From IMG/VR virus record IMGVR_UViG_3300030514_000006: a DNA stretch of 64,000 nucleotides, one strand, 5' to 3'. Source of the stretch: an uncultured virus (IMG/VR IMGVR_UViG_3300030514_000006). Its lineage: Duplodnaviria; Heunggongvirae; Uroviricota; Caudoviricetes; Herelleviridae. Positions 37,158 through 48,698 of this stretch are shown piece by piece; position 1 is the first letter of the stretch, and the number at the start of each line of letters is the position of its first letter. The notes below the pieces were generated by a model. The model saw only the letters and a list, made by a program, of their open reading frames with translations. It was not told the origin of the DNA and searched no databases. The position numbers and the translations under genes are program-made.

Positions 37158-39731
37158 ATGGCGAGTATTACAAAGTATGTAAAGATGCTCATGAGGAAAG
37201 GACTTAAAAAAGATATTGCAACACTTGATGAGGCTGAGATAGGTCTAGCTACCGATACTAAAGAAGTCTTTGTAGGGACTAGCGCAGGAAATACTCAGTT
37301 AGCTACACAAACTTCTTTGGATAGTCTGCAAACAAATGTTAACAATACGCAAACTAACTTAGGGGTCTTATCAGAGTTACCAACTATCGAGAAAGGTAGT
37401 ATCGTAGGTGCGTTTAAGGAAGAGACAAGTCGAAGAAAAAACTTAGGAGTTAACATTAAGGACTTCAACGCAAGTGGCTCTACACAAACAACTACAGGAA
37501 GCATAACAGCAGGAAGCACAATTTTAAACCTAGCCTCGGCTATCGACTTTGCAAACAATCAAGGTATATCTATACACCACGCAGGCGCAGTACCAACTAT
37601 CACTACACCCGCAGCTCCTACAGCTTCAGTAACAGGTGTTACAGGCTCAACTACGTACGCGTACAAAGTCGCTGCGGTTAACAAAAATGGAGGAGTGTCT
37701 ATCGCTAGTAGTGCAGGTAGCATATCGACAGGTAACGCAAACCTATCCGATACACTGAGTGACCCATCTGCACTTAGTGTAACTAAATCTGGAACAGGCT
37801 CTGCACTTGTGACATCGACATACTACGTAGGTTATACCCTTAGTAACGCTGTAGGCTCTACAACTAAAAATAGCTCACAGATAAGTACATCGGTTACCGC
37901 TGGTCAAAACATTGTTACAGCTTTTGACTTCCCAACAGGAGCTATATCCGCAGACATTTACGTAGGTACGACAAGTTCTCCAAAACGTTTAGCTACAGTT
38001 ACTAAGAATGGTACAATTACCTATGACGGTGGTATATCCTCTGGGCTAGCTGTGACAGTTACGGGAGACCGTGTATCTCTTACTATTTCTGCCGCTGCTT
38101 CAGATACTGGAGCTGTTGCCCCTTCGTCAAATACAACAAAGAGTTATAATAAACTAACGTGGTCAAGTGTGACGGGTGCAGTAAGGTATGCAGTATATCG
38201 GAGTATTAACGCAGGTACTTATTCCCTAGTAGCTATTATTACAGGGGATACTAAGTGGGATGATAAAGGGGCAACAAACATTAGCGGCTCTTACAGCTCT
38301 CTGTGGAATACTCCTCCAGCTAGTCCTTTGGCAGAAACATTAAATACAACGATTATAAGCGGTGGAGGCACTAAAACGTTAACCTTAGCTACAAGTGCAA
38401 CTACAACAGCAACATCACAAACGGTTAGACATGATGACACAGACGCTTTACAAGCCTTCTTCGCTTCTGGTTCTCGGTTTATACTAACATATGGTACGTA
38501 CCCAACACGTAAACAGATTATTTTAAATAATAATCAAATACTTGAGGGCATTGGGGGAGAGAACAACCAGACGATTGTCGCTCACGAATGCTTTGACATT
38601 GATGCTTACGACTCAGTTATCAAAATGACGGGAGATAATCCGGGAATTATTAAGGTAAATGTTAGTTGTAAAATGAACAGCGTTGTTGACTGTATTAGAC
38701 TAGATTCCACAAATGGGGATGCTGCAAAACCCTTTCAAGCTTACTGTAGTCGAATGAAAACAACAGGGGGGAGAAACGGTTTTAACATTCGTTCAGGTAT
38801 TGAAGCCAGAATGGAATACTGTCTCGCTACTTATGCGTCATACGCAGGGTTTAACGTTATTGTCCCTGATACACATTTGATTGATTGTTCATCTGAGAAC
38901 AGCTACTACGGTCTTAAAACAGGAACAGGGTGCGGAACAATTACAGCTCATCATTTCCACTCAATCTTAAGTACTACGTATGGGTACTACTTAGATAATG
39001 CGACATATGGGCAATTTGTGAACTGTCAAGCCGATACGTCTGGACAATCCGGTGTCTTTATGGTTAACACAACAAACTGCCAATTTACGAATTTCTGGTC
39101 GTTTAAATCTTCATCTATTGATAACAACCAGTACCATGATTGGCATATTAACAGTTCTTGTTCTAACAACTCGTTTACTAACTGTGTAAGTCTAGCATTC
39201 TACTACACACTCAACAGTTTTTATTTCTCCGCTGGAACGAAAAACAATAGCTTTGTAAACTGCTCAGGTAACGGGTCATTGCAACACGGTGACGGTGTAG
39301 ACGCTCTACGAAACGCAAATCAATTCACTAGTTGTATGGGTTCGTTAGCTAAGTATAACCGAAAAGCTAAGACATCAAGTCATGCATTCTCATTAGCAAC
39401 AGGAGCTAGTACAACTATTGGGCATTACCTTGGTTATACGCCTAGTTTTTCTAACGATGTTTACTTGTTTAAATTAACGTATAACAACCGAGCACAAACA
39501 GCACCTTCACCTATGGCTGCTGGACACTTATACCTTACTGTGGCTAATGGGACAACTAATGGAGGGATTTCTGCAAAGACAGCATATTTTACTTCTCCTG
39601 ACCCAGAGAATTTTACAATTTCCGCAGTGTTGAACGGGGATAAGATAGATATTACTGTGACGAACAACGCAGGACAAACAGTGGACTACGGATTTGATAT
39701 TGAAAGACATATGAATCCGAAAGGGTTATAG
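37158..39731 (+). CDS. Tailspike/fibre: Mtd-N-like anchor, S/T-rich beta domains and a beta-helix
   Basis: MLMRKGLKKDIATLDEAEIGLATDTKEVFVGT; NIKDF..DDTDALQ; C-terminal parallel beta-helix repeats (FVNC, FTNC). Confidence 0.75.
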   Translation: MASITKYVKMLMRKGLKKDIATLDEAEIGLATDTKEVFVGTSAGNTQLATQTSLDSLQTNVNNTQTNLGVLSELPTIEKGSIVGAFKEETSRRKNLGVNIKDFNASGSTQTTTGSITAGSTILNLASAIDFANNQGISIHHAGAVPTITTPAAPTASVTGVTGSTTYAYKVAAVNKNGGVSIASSAGSISTGNANLSDTLSDPSALSVTKSGTGSALVTSTYYVGYTLSNAVGSTTKNSSQISTSVTAGQNIVTAFDFPTGAISADIYVGTTSSPKRLATVTKNGTITYDGGISSGLAVTVTGDRVSLTISAAASDTGAVAPSSNTTKSYNKLTWSSVTGAVRYAVYRSINAGTYSLVAIITGDTKWDDKGATNISGSYSSLWNTPPASPLAETLNTTIISGGGTKTLTLATSATTTATSQTVRHDDTDALQAFFASGSRFILTYGTYPTRKQIILNNNQILEGIGGENNQTIVAHECFDIDAYDSVIKMTGDNPGIIKVNVSCKMNSVVDCIRLDSTNGDAAKPFQAYCSRMKTTGGRNGFNIRSGIEARMEYCLATYASYAGFNVIVPDTHLIDCSSENSYYGLKTGTGCGTITAHHFHSILSTTYGYYLDNATYGQFVNCQADTSGQSGVFMVNTTNCQFTNFWSFKSSSIDNNQYHDWHINSSCSNNSFTNCVSLAFYYTLNSFYFSAGTKNNSFVNCSGNGSLQHGDGVDALRNANQFTSCMGSLAKYNRKAKTSSHAFSLATGASTTIGHYLGYTPSFSNDVYLFKLTYNNRAQTAPSPMAAGHLYLTVANGTTNGGISAKTAYFTSPDPENFTISAVLNGDKIDITVTNNAGQTVDYGFDIERHMNPKGL

Positions 39732-39854
39732 TAAACTAGGTCACTAACCTCCCTTAAAATAGGGGAGGTTTTCTTTCATGATATAATTAAGTTACACCAA
39801 AACATAGTGCTATATTATACATAGCAAAGCTCTATAAAGGAGGTAATGAAGATT

Positions 39855-42800
39855 ATGGCAGATGATATCAAAAAAGTCAAGATACAAGTCAGACGTGAAG
39901 TAGAATCAGCATTAACTGATCTATCTATCGGTGAGCCAGCTCTATCTTCCGATACACAGAAAGTCTATATCGGTACAGGTAATGGAAACAAAGCTCAGCT
40001 AGCTAAACAAAGCCAAGTAGATACAATCCAAACTGACGTTACAAATGCCAAAACAAACATCACTAGTCTTCAAACAGATAATACAAAAAATAAAAGTGAT
40101 ATTAGCCAATTAAAAACAGATACTACAGGTATTCGTAGTGATCTAAATGCAGCTGTCGAGACTGTAGGTGACTTAGGTACAGAGGTAGAAACAAATACGA
40201 ATGATATTTCTTCCCTTAAGAACACTAAGGCAGAAGTAGAGACTGCTAGAAACGGAGCAGCTAGCCTAGATGAACGTTTAAAAGGAATGGAGAAAGCAGA
40301 CAACAGACAGAGCTGGAAAGTAACTGCAGCTACTCAGACACGATTCACGTTAACTAGCGGTTCTTATACAGTAGGCTCCAATTCTTTTGCAGTATATATT
40401 GAGGGTGTCCTACAACCTACAGATGCTTATGTACAGGTAGATTCTAAGAACTTTGATATGGTTGACCCTGTACCAAAAGATTTAACAGTTACGGCTATCT
40501 GGAAAGAGGGGAAAGCTCCTATCCAGTTTGGGCATAACACTACTCACTATGAGGGTGGTCAAGACCCTATCGATATCACAAAGCTACCGAACTATTACAC
40601 ATTAATTGCAAACAAGTTTACCTCTATCGAGAACAGACTTGGGTGGGTTAGTGTTAAAAACTATGGAGCTAAGGGTGATGGAGTAACAGATGATACTGCC
40701 AGTGTACAAGCCGCTGTAGACGCAGTTATGCAAAGTGGTGGAGGTACTGTATTCTTCCCTCCGGGTAACTACCTTATTAACGGGACGATCTACACGCAAC
40801 GTGACTCTTACTCAGCTAACGATATTCTTAGTCCGTTAGAGTTCCGTGGAGCTACACCTGTATTTGCAGACTTGTTTAACACGACTCGTAATGTTTCTCG
40901 TCTAATCAAGAAAACTGCAGGAGCTATGATTACAACAAACTACACAGAAACAGGAGTAGTTCGTGTAGGTGGAGTATGGAGAAACTTTACAGTCCGTAAC
41001 TTTGCCTTTGCTGGTCTAGGTACCTACGATACAAAGTACACAAGTATCTTTGCTTCTACGTATGATACAGATGCGATTGTTATGCGTAACACAAGTATCA
41101 ATCTAGAAGACTGCTACTTTAGCACTTTAAAACGTGCAGTGTATCAGCCAGACTTAGCAAATGGTGCAGACAACTACTGTGACCAGAGTATGTACAAGCG
41201 TCTATCTTTCCGAAACATGGGAGAAGGCTGGCTGTATTTAATGCGCCCAGACGCTACTACATTCGTAAACCTAAACGGGTACGACATGGCTAAGACAGCT
41301 GCTTATGGAGTATACGTGAAGAAAGGTGAATCTTTCAGTATCCGTGAAATCCTATGTGCAGGTAAAGGGATGCATCTATGCCAGAACTTTAAGATGGTTG
41401 ATCTATACGCGGTTAAAGGTGTAACTGTCGATAAGATGTACGCAGAACGTGTTGAAGGCTTACTTGTAAACGTTGACGGTGAGTCTAAGAACATCACTGT
41501 AGACGGAATCGATGTACGCCAATACGGTAAGACAATGATTAAAGCTCGTAATACTCACGGTATTAAAATCGACAACCTATACCAACACATCGAAGAAAAG
41601 AAAGTCCTTTCAGCTTCTGATACAGGAGACTTCTCTACTTACGACACTCTAGGTTCTTTACCTTTAGATGTTGACTTAGACTCTAGCTGTTCAAATGTAC
41701 AGATCGGAGAGAACACTGTTTTCCGTGGAGGAGTGCATGTAGGGGGCAGCGGAAACTTACCAGAGTCAGGCTCTGATACATTCCGATATATTCCTAATAT
41801 GAACCCGGGCTTTATCTACAAACTGAATGTAAGACGTTTTGGGGCTAGAGGTAATAACATCACAGATGATACAGCAGCTATCCAGAAAGCTATCGATACA
41901 GCTAAGCTTCACGGGGCGGAGGTTTACTTCCCACGAGGAACGTATATCGTTACTTCATTAGCTATTGACTACTCTTCAGATACAGTAGATACTACAACAT
42001 ACGGTTTCCGTGCATTCAGCTTAAAAGGAGATTCTAAACGTCAAACGATCATTAAACAGGTAGCTACAACAACTAACTCAATCGTTAAGGTTATTGGTCA
42101 GTCCTACAACCGTTCTCATAGCGGTAAAGTAACTGGTCTAATTATCGAAGGGTTAGAAATTGTAGGTAATGATAACGGTGGTTCTGGTATCTACCTACGT
42201 TCATTCAATGATCTAACTCTACGTGACTTACACATTCGTGCATGTGGTGGGGACGGAATCAAGTTAGATCGTCAAACGTTCATTAACCAACCTGACGCTA
42301 GTGGAGGTAAAGATGAGTATGCTTACGGTCTGAAGATTGAAAACTCTAAAATCTTCTTAAACAAAGGCTGGGGTATTAACTCAGTAGCACAGTACGCTGT
42401 AGGTTCTGCTGTATTCGACAACCTTGATATCCACGGTAACACTCTTGGGGGAGTTAACATTAACCCAACAAACATTACATTTATCGGAGGTAACATTATC
42501 GGTAATGGAGGTAACGGATTAAAGGTTATTCAAAACCCGGGTTACCCTGCTTCAGTGACATTCAGTATGAACATGTACGGTACTCGTTTCGAAGGTAACT
42601 CAGGTTATGAAATCAAAATTGACGGTTCTTGGGCTCCTTTACTAAGTGGTGTTACTATCCTAGCAACAGCAGGGGCACACTGTATCGGTATCGGTCTTGT
42701 TACAACAACAGGTAACGAAATTCGTCAACCTAACATTGTTGGAGGCTACTACGCAGGGGATAAAGTCACAGTAGGTCAGAAGTTCTTAGACATTGGAACT

Positions 42801-43304
42801 AACTGTTTTGCTCTAGTAGTGAACAACCCTCGGGTCGATCTAGTAGAGTTTGCAGACGGAGCTAGCGGTAACGTGATGAACATTATCCGAGACAACGGTA
42901 ATGAATCTAGTATCATTACTTACGGTCGAACAGAACGTACTGAGAAAATCTATCTTCGCGCCTTGTACACAGACAAGACTATGCAAACTAAGGTTTACGG
43001 TGATACTCAAAGCCGTTTGACTGTACGTGCAGATGGTTACCTATCTTGGGGAGACGGGGCTACAGCTGCGGATACGAACCTATACCGTTCAGCCGCTAAC
43101 AAGTTAAAAACAGACGATGAGTTTCATGCTAACGTTATTTCTCCACAGAGTACAGATGCTAAGATTTATTCTGGTACAGGAGACCCTAACGGAGTAGTAA
43201 CAGCAGCTAGCGGCTCTATCTACCTTCGTACAGACGGTGGAGCAGGAACTTCATTCTATATCAAGGAAAGCGATACTGGTTCTAGTAACTGGACAGCTAA
43301 ATAA
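39855..43304 (+). CDS. Tailspike with an Mtd-N-like anchor, a coiled coil and two tandem beta-helix domains
   Basis: [38 protein letters not shown] and [16 protein letters not shown]-terminus [23 protein letters not shown]. Alternative ATG at 39846. Confidence 0.8.
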   Translation: MADDIKKVKIQVRREVESALTDLSIGEPALSSDTQKVYIGTGNGNKAQLAKQSQVDTIQTDVTNAKTNITSLQTDNTKNKSDISQLKTDTTGIRSDLNAAVETVGDLGTEVETNTNDISSLKNTKAEVETARNGAASLDERLKGMEKADNRQSWKVTAATQTRFTLTSGSYTVGSNSFAVYIEGVLQPTDAYVQVDSKNFDMVDPVPKDLTVTAIWKEGKAPIQFGHNTTHYEGGQDPIDITKLPNYYTLIANKFTSIENRLGWVSVKNYGAKGDGVTDDTASVQAAVDAVMQSGGGTVFFPPGNYLINGTIYTQRDSYSANDILSPLEFRGATPVFADLFNTTRNVSRLIKKTAGAMITTNYTETGVVRVGGVWRNFTVRNFAFAGLGTYDTKYTSIFASTYDTDAIVMRNTSINLEDCYFSTLKRAVYQPDLANGADNYCDQSMYKRLSFRNMGEGWLYLMRPDATTFVNLNGYDMAKTAAYGVYVKKGESFSIREILCAGKGMHLCQNFKMVDLYAVKGVTVDKMYAERVEGLLVNVDGESKNITVDGIDVRQYGKTMIKARNTHGIKIDNLYQHIEEKKVLSASDTGDFSTYDTLGSLPLDVDLDSSCSNVQIGENTVFRGGVHVGGSGNLPESGSDTFRYIPNMNPGFIYKLNVRRFGARGNNITDDTAAIQKAIDTAKLHGAEVYFPRGTYIVTSLAIDYSSDTVDTTTYGFRAFSLKGDSKRQTIIKQVATTTNSIVKVIGQSYNRSHSGKVTGLIIEGLEIVGNDNGGSGIYLRSFNDLTLRDLHIRACGGDGIKLDRQTFINQPDASGGKDEYAYGLKIENSKIFLNKGWGINSVAQYAVGSAVFDNLDIHGNTLGGVNINPTNITFIGGNIIGNGGNGLKVIQNPGYPASVTFSMNMYGTRFEGNSGYEIKIDGSWAPLLSGVTILATAGAHCIGIGLVTTTGNEIRQPNIVGGYYAGDKVTVGQKFLDIGTNCFALVVNNPRVDLVEFADGASGNVMNIIRDNGNESSIITYGRTERTEKIYLRALYTDKTMQTKVYGDTQSRLTVRADGYLSWGDGATAADTNLYRSAANKLKTDDEFHANVISPQSTDAKIYSGTGDPNGVVTAASGSIYLRTDGGAGTSFYIKESDTGSSNWTAK

Positions 43305-43316
43305 GGAGGTAACTAA

Positions 43317-45287
43317 ATGGCTAGATCAGATATTACTAAATACCCCGGAGTTGCTGAGAAGTTTGCACAACTCGAAAAAGCAAAACGAAGACAAGTCCTT
43401 ACAGCAACAGTAGAAGGACAAACAGTGTTTACCATTACCAACGGCTCTTATGTCGTTGGTTCTGATACACTAGACGTTATGGTTAAGGGAACTTGGCAAC
43501 CACCTACAGCCTATACAGAAACAAGCTCTACGAGCATTACATTATCCGAAGGGGTACCTATTGGCACCACAGTTATGCTGTCTTGGCTCGAAGGAAAGTT
43601 ACCTGTAGCGTTTGGTCACAACACAAGCCATTACGCAGACGGGCAAGACCCTGTTGACGCTACTAAACTCCAAAATGGAGATATCTTAACTGCTACTGTA
43701 GGTGTAGGTTTACTAGGGGAACGCTACCCCCGATTAAACGGAGAGACGGATGATGCTCCTCGTTTTAACCGTATTATTGCAGACGCAGTAGCACAAAAAA
43801 TTGGTAAAGTTAAACTTGGAGCTAGAGACTATTACATTACTTCTCAAACAGTAGATATGTCCGCGGCATCTGGTTTAGCTTGGGAAGGTGTAGCTTTCGA
43901 CAATAAGTCAACAGGGGCTGTTATTCAAGGAACACAGATTATCCGTGGAGCAAACATTGTCGCTATTAAAGCTATTGGTTCCTCTGTTTCTACTGGAGGG
44001 ACAAATATTCGAGGATTTAGATTTTCAAAAATCCGCTTTAAGGGTGGGGACTTTGTAGAAGACTTTATGCAGCTTAAAGCTTGCGCTGTTACTTACCTTG
44101 ACGATGTTATGTTTACGGGTATGATGGGGCGACAAATTTATATGCAGGAAGTTATGGACAGTAGAATCACTAACTGTGTGTTTGAGTGGGGAGGTTCTAC
44201 TGACGGTACTCTACCTATGATCGAGTTAGTCTCTGGTAGCGGATACGAATATACGAACCAGCTCCACCTAGTAGGTAACCGATTCGAAACATACAGAGGT
44301 ACTGCACTTAAAACAACGGGCTCTAATACTAATGAAATATACATGACAAATAACAAGATGGAGTCACTAATTTCTAACCAGCCTGCCCTCGTTCTACAAG
44401 GTGCAAACACTGTAAATTTAGGTACACTCAACATCTGTTCAAAAGGTACGGTAGGTCAGACTTTATCAAGTCAGGTAGTAATCGATAGCTCTTCTGGGGT
44501 ACAAGGTTTACTATGGCTAGAGCACACAGGGGTTGTCGATACAAGTGCCTCTAAAATTGATAAGTTCGTAGATATTACAGGCACTAGTACCGATATTGAC
44601 TTACTAGTATACGTTTACCAGAACGGAGGAAACACGGTTCAGTCTAACCCCGTTATGGTTACGGCATCAAACGCAGATACAATAAACGTAAATGGTTCGA
44701 TTCGTGGTTCCTTACAAGCTGTTTGTAATATCCATGCTAGGCTGAGAAATATTCAGATCAAAAATACAACCCCGTCAATTCGACTTAACTACTCTACTGT
44801 TACTGCTTGGTCAGAGTACTGGGAGACACGGGTTACAGGAGATGGGACAGGAAGTAAATATACACTATCTCATAATAAAGATGGTACCTTGACTGACGTA
44901 CTCACTGTTTTAAACAGCGGTGACACACACTTTTACAAAAATGTATATTTCGATAACTTTGCTACACACCCCGCTCAGATCGCTACGGCTCCTTACGGTA
45001 GAGAAGGTAGCGTATACGTGGATACTTCAGTTACACCAAACATGACTCGAACCTACTCTAACGGTGGGTGGAAACGTGTAGGGTACTTCGCTTACACGGG
45101 TTCTGCTAGCCTTGCTAACCTTTCAGGTTCGTATAACAGTAATGACATTTATATCAATACTGATAATACAGAGTACGGTACAGCAGGTAGTAAGTACGTT
45201 ATCTACGGAATTAAACGTATCTCTCCCGGAACAGGGAACGTACTTAATACAGATTGGCGCGAGATGCGTATGTTGACTGGAAACTAA
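43317..45287 (+). CDS. Tailspike / beta-helix receptor-binding protein
   Basis: N-module shared with the preceding spike; ETDDAPRFNR followed by beta-helix-like repeats. Confidence 0.75.
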   Translation: MARSDITKYPGVAEKFAQLEKAKRRQVLTATVEGQTVFTITNGSYVVGSDTLDVMVKGTWQPPTAYTETSSTSITLSEGVPIGTTVMLSWLEGKLPVAFGHNTSHYADGQDPVDATKLQNGDILTATVGVGLLGERYPRLNGETDDAPRFNRIIADAVAQKIGKVKLGARDYYITSQTVDMSAASGLAWEGVAFDNKSTGAVIQGTQIIRGANIVAIKAIGSSVSTGGTNIRGFRFSKIRFKGGDFVEDFMQLKACAVTYLDDVMFTGMMGRQIYMQEVMDSRITNCVFEWGGSTDGTLPMIELVSGSGYEYTNQLHLVGNRFETYRGTALKTTGSNTNEIYMTNNKMESLISNQPALVLQGANTVNLGTLNICSKGTVGQTLSSQVVIDSSSGVQGLLWLEHTGVVDTSASKIDKFVDITGTSTDIDLLVYVYQNGGNTVQSNPVMVTASNADTINVNGSIRGSLQAVCNIHARLRNIQIKNTTPSIRLNYSTVTAWSEYWETRVTGDGTGSKYTLSHNKDGTLTDVLTVLNSGDTHFYKNVYFDNFATHPAQIATAPYGREGSVYVDTSVTPNMTRTYSNGGWKRVGYFAYTGSASLANLSGSYNSNDIYINTDNTEYGTAGSKYVIYGIKRISPGTGNVLNTDWREMRMLTGN

Positions 45288-45299
45288 GGAGAGGATTAA

Positions 45300-46862
45300 A
45301 TGTTAGAGAGACCAAATGCATTTATGCTAGATTCAGATATAAAATATGTTGGAGAGGATACGGGAGCCTTCTGGGTTCCCCCTGTCCAGCCTGCTATGCC
45401 TTGGGGAGCTAATGGAGTTCCCTCGTCTACTAGTAGAAGTCCTGAAGAGTTTGTAAACGGCTTATACGAGCCTCTACGAGCTGCTAACCCGGACTACATT
45501 ACTCGTACAAATCTAGGTCAGTCAGAGGCAGGTAGTGATGGAGTAACATGGAGTATTTGGGAGTACCAACTAACTCCTAAGAACTATACAAAAACAGTAG
45601 TTGTCAGTGCTGGAACGCACGGGAACGAGTATACTGCATCTTTTGCACTAGCTCGAATTATCTACCATATTGTTAATGATTGGAAAACAAACTCACTTCT
45701 TACTTACGTTAGAAAGAATGTTCGTTTGATTGTTAAGCCCATTAATAACCCTTGGAGCTTTAAGAACAACAAGAGGCAGAATGCTAGAGGAGTAGATTTA
45801 AACCGTAACATGGAATACTTATGGGATTATATTACAGGTACAGATTATCAAGTAGGCGGAACGTACTATAAGGGTACAGCGCCATTTTCGGAGAAAGAAA
45901 GCCAGTATTTCCGGGACAGTATGGCAAACTATAGTGATGCTCTAGCCTATATCGATTACCATACGATCAATACTATTGAGGCAGAACACATTGTCTTCAC
46001 ACCGAGATACCTCCCCCAGTATAGACAGATTTTCAACGATGTTATCTCAAGGTTATACAAACCGGGTAACCGTATTGTTAATGGAACAACTGCGATGCCT
46101 ACTCTAGCTTGTCATGCTGCTTATAACTATAACATGACTACTGCAAACCCAGAGTGGTATAACCAGTTATACGGAGGTAACCGAGATAGTCTAGAAATGA
46201 CAAAAGCTGTAGAGTGGTTTGGTAACGTACTCCTTAGAGCTTGCGGATTAACACAAAAGACAACAGCTCTAGAAGAGTCTACTAATTATAAGAATATCTT
46301 AATGTATGAAAGAGGGGTTACAACTTCTCCGATTACTGTGAACACATCTAGTTATGGTAACGTGAGCCACGGTTACGCAGAGATGTTACTTAAACGACAT
46401 GGTATCGTTTCTGCAGACGGGTGGGTTAAGGTTTCTGTAGCAGCAGATACAACAGTGTATGTGAATCCGATTATCTACCAAGTAAACCACCCAGAACGAG
46501 GGTATTCAAATGTTAGGGATGAAATAACAAACGAAGTGTCCATGCCATTAAAAGCAGGGCAAATGTACATCTTCCCTATTATGGCGGTTCTAGGTAACTT
46601 CCCTCATAACTATAACAGCGGGACAACTGCTAGACCTGAACTGGTTAAATTCCGATTACGAATGAGAACATCGGCAGGGGCTAGTGGTGTAGTTACAATC
46701 GAAAGCTGGCGCATAAAGTTTAGCTACGAACACTCAGAACATGGTAAAGGGTATCAGGTTCTTGACCAGACAGGTAAGGAAGCAGCAACAGAGGGCAGTG
46801 ACTTTATTGTTACATACCCTGACCAAACTAAGTACGGTGGAGACACAAGTACAGACGAGTAA
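45300..46862 (+). CDS. M14 zinc carboxypeptidase-family protein in the tailspike cluster
   Basis: HGNE (HxxE), NP, KRQNARGVDLNRN, PFSEKES and IDYHT motifs. Confidence 0.82.
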   Translation: MLERPNAFMLDSDIKYVGEDTGAFWVPPVQPAMPWGANGVPSSTSRSPEEFVNGLYEPLRAANPDYITRTNLGQSEAGSDGVTWSIWEYQLTPKNYTKTVVVSAGTHGNEYTASFALARIIYHIVNDWKTNSLLTYVRKNVRLIVKPINNPWSFKNNKRQNARGVDLNRNMEYLWDYITGTDYQVGGTYYKGTAPFSEKESQYFRDSMANYSDALAYIDYHTINTIEAEHIVFTPRYLPQYRQIFNDVISRLYKPGNRIVNGTTAMPTLACHAAYNYNMTTANPEWYNQLYGGNRDSLEMTKAVEWFGNVLLRACGLTQKTTALEESTNYKNILMYERGVTTSPITVNTSSYGNVSHGYAEMLLKRHGIVSADGWVKVSVAADTTVYVNPIIYQVNHPERGYSNVRDEITNEVSMPLKAGQMYIFPIMAVLGNFPHNYNSGTTARPELVKFRLRMRTSAGASGVVTIESWRIKFSYEHSEHGKGYQVLDQTGKEAATEGSDFIVTYPDQTKYGGDTSTDE

Positions 46863-46878
46863 AGCTAGGAGGGATTAA

Positions 46879-48567
46879 ATGTTAGAGAGACCAGATAAGT
46901 TCATAACGTCCGGTTTACAACAAAACATTATTGTCAGTGTTACAGAGGCACCATATAAAGCTACAGGAGATGGGACAACAGACGATCAATCAGCCTTAGC
47001 AGCTGCTGTAGACTACGCCTACCAAAATAACAAAACACTATATTTTCCAGACGGTACATACGTATCGTCTGCTAATATACCAAACTTCCATGCAGTACGT
47101 AAGATAGGGACAGGCGTTATTAAACGAGGAACTGACTTGTTTTACATTACACCTAAACCAGACCAAACAAACAAAGTCTATATTGCTCCTGCTAGTAGCT
47201 CGAACACATTTGATGGTATCACTTCTACCACTGCTATCCGAGACCTACAAGTAGCTGTCAATATTTTAACTAACTACGCAAGCCCGTCTTTAGCTGGTAA
47301 CTGGCAGTTCATGATGGCAACGGGTACGCACTTGAAAAAAGCTATCGTTCCTGCTGGTATAGGGCAGAGAGATATGCAGATTCAGATTATTGGGGCAGAT
47401 GTAGGAGGGCACCCTAATGTACCTACAACTATCATTCGTCAAGGAGCGGGAGCAGCTGCTGTAGGGTTGTTAGCCACAGATGGTACTAAAGTATATATAA
47501 AAGACATTATGTTCCAAGACTTTAACGGTAGCAGCTCTAGTGCAGCCATTAGCGTACAGTTCTACGCAAAAATAACAACTAGCAATGTTCACGCTTTAAA
47601 CTGCTTCTACGGGGTTAGTGGGATTAAACACTCTACCATTATTGTACCTGACGGAGTATTTGATAACTGTGGGCGTATGCCAGACGGGTCAGGTACAGGG
47701 GCAGCTTTCCGTTCGTTACAGCAAAATAATCATGCTATCGGTATCCAAGATAGTGGTGACCGTACTAAGACAGTTGTTATAAAGAACTGTCGCTATGGTT
47801 TGTGGGCGCAGGAGAGTAGTACAGGACATTGTGACTGGGCAAACATTATGGACTGTGAGGATGGTGTCGTAGCTCGTGTAAACTCGCGGGTTAACATGTC
47901 CGGTACAGAGTTTAAAAGAAACAAACGAGCTATACGTACTGATAGTCTGGCTCACGTTTATATTCCTTCCTCTGTTGTATTTGCAGTAGGCACGATTGAC
48001 CCTGTAACTGGACGAGGAGCAGATGAGAATGAAAACACCATCGTCACGCAATCAAACTCAGATGTTACAAGTGCGGACATAATCGTAGGACAGGAAGTAA
48101 GTGCATCTATTAATGAGCGTTGGTTTGGTATCGATATCATTCAGACGGATTATGCTTCTACTACTTCAACAAAATTTAAAACTGTTACACTTAAAACTCC
48201 TATGTGGCGTTACACTCCGAACACAGTTTCTCCGGGGAAGAAGTTAGTTGCCCGGGTTAAAGGAACAATAACAGGAACTACAGATGGTAAGAAGATCAAC
48301 GTGCGACTAGGTACCTCTGTTACTAGTGTAACATTTGGGACAAGTGAATCTGGCTCCTTTTACGTAGAAGCAGAGATAGAGTTCACCAAGTTCAACCAAC
48401 AGTTACTATTTGTAAAAGGAAACACTCATCTAGGACAGAATCGTATAGGTATGGCTTATGCCTCCAACGATATGCTGACTGACGTGGACTTATCCTTAGA
48501 AGCTCAGGTATTAAACGTAGCAGATAAAATCAGAATTGAAACGTGTCAGATTGGTTGGGCAGGCTAA
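46879..48567 (+). CDS. Tailspike / pectin-lyase-like beta-helix protein
   Basis: PYKATGDGTTDDQSALAAAVD..LYFPDGTY. Confidence 0.78.
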   Translation: MLERPDKFITSGLQQNIIVSVTEAPYKATGDGTTDDQSALAAAVDYAYQNNKTLYFPDGTYVSSANIPNFHAVRKIGTGVIKRGTDLFYITPKPDQTNKVYIAPASSSNTFDGITSTTAIRDLQVAVNILTNYASPSLAGNWQFMMATGTHLKKAIVPAGIGQRDMQIQIIGADVGGHPNVPTTIIRQGAGAAAVGLLATDGTKVYIKDIMFQDFNGSSSSAAISVQFYAKITTSNVHALNCFYGVSGIKHSTIIVPDGVFDNCGRMPDGSGTGAAFRSLQQNNHAIGIQDSGDRTKTVVIKNCRYGLWAQESSTGHCDWANIMDCEDGVVARVNSRVNMSGTEFKRNKRAIRTDSLAHVYIPSSVVFAVGTIDPVTGRGADENENTIVTQSNSDVTSADIIVGQEVSASINERWFGIDIIQTDYASTTSTKFKTVTLKTPMWRYTPNTVSPGKKLVARVKGTITGTTDGKKINVRLGTSVTSVTFGTSESGSFYVEAEIEFTKFNQQLLFVKGNTHLGQNRIGMAYASNDMLTDVDLSLEAQVLNVADKIRIETCQIGWAG

Positions 48568-48590
48568 GACATCCGAAAGGGTGTCTTTCC
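48566..48590 (+). terminator. Intrinsic terminator
   Basis: AAGACATCC-GAAA-GGGTGTCTT. Confidence 0.75.
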
Positions 48591-48698
48591 TTTATTTACA
48601 GAGCCTAAATCTATATATGCTATAATAAATATATAAACTAAAATCTGCTATATTATTAATAGAAGAATGGTTAAAAGATAACGAGAGGGTGTGAATAA

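Noticed and set aside
37158..43304. Diversity-generating retroelement suggested by the Mtd-N-like domains
   Set aside because: No reverse transcriptase and no template/variable repeat pair seen in the window; the similarity is limited to the anchor domain.
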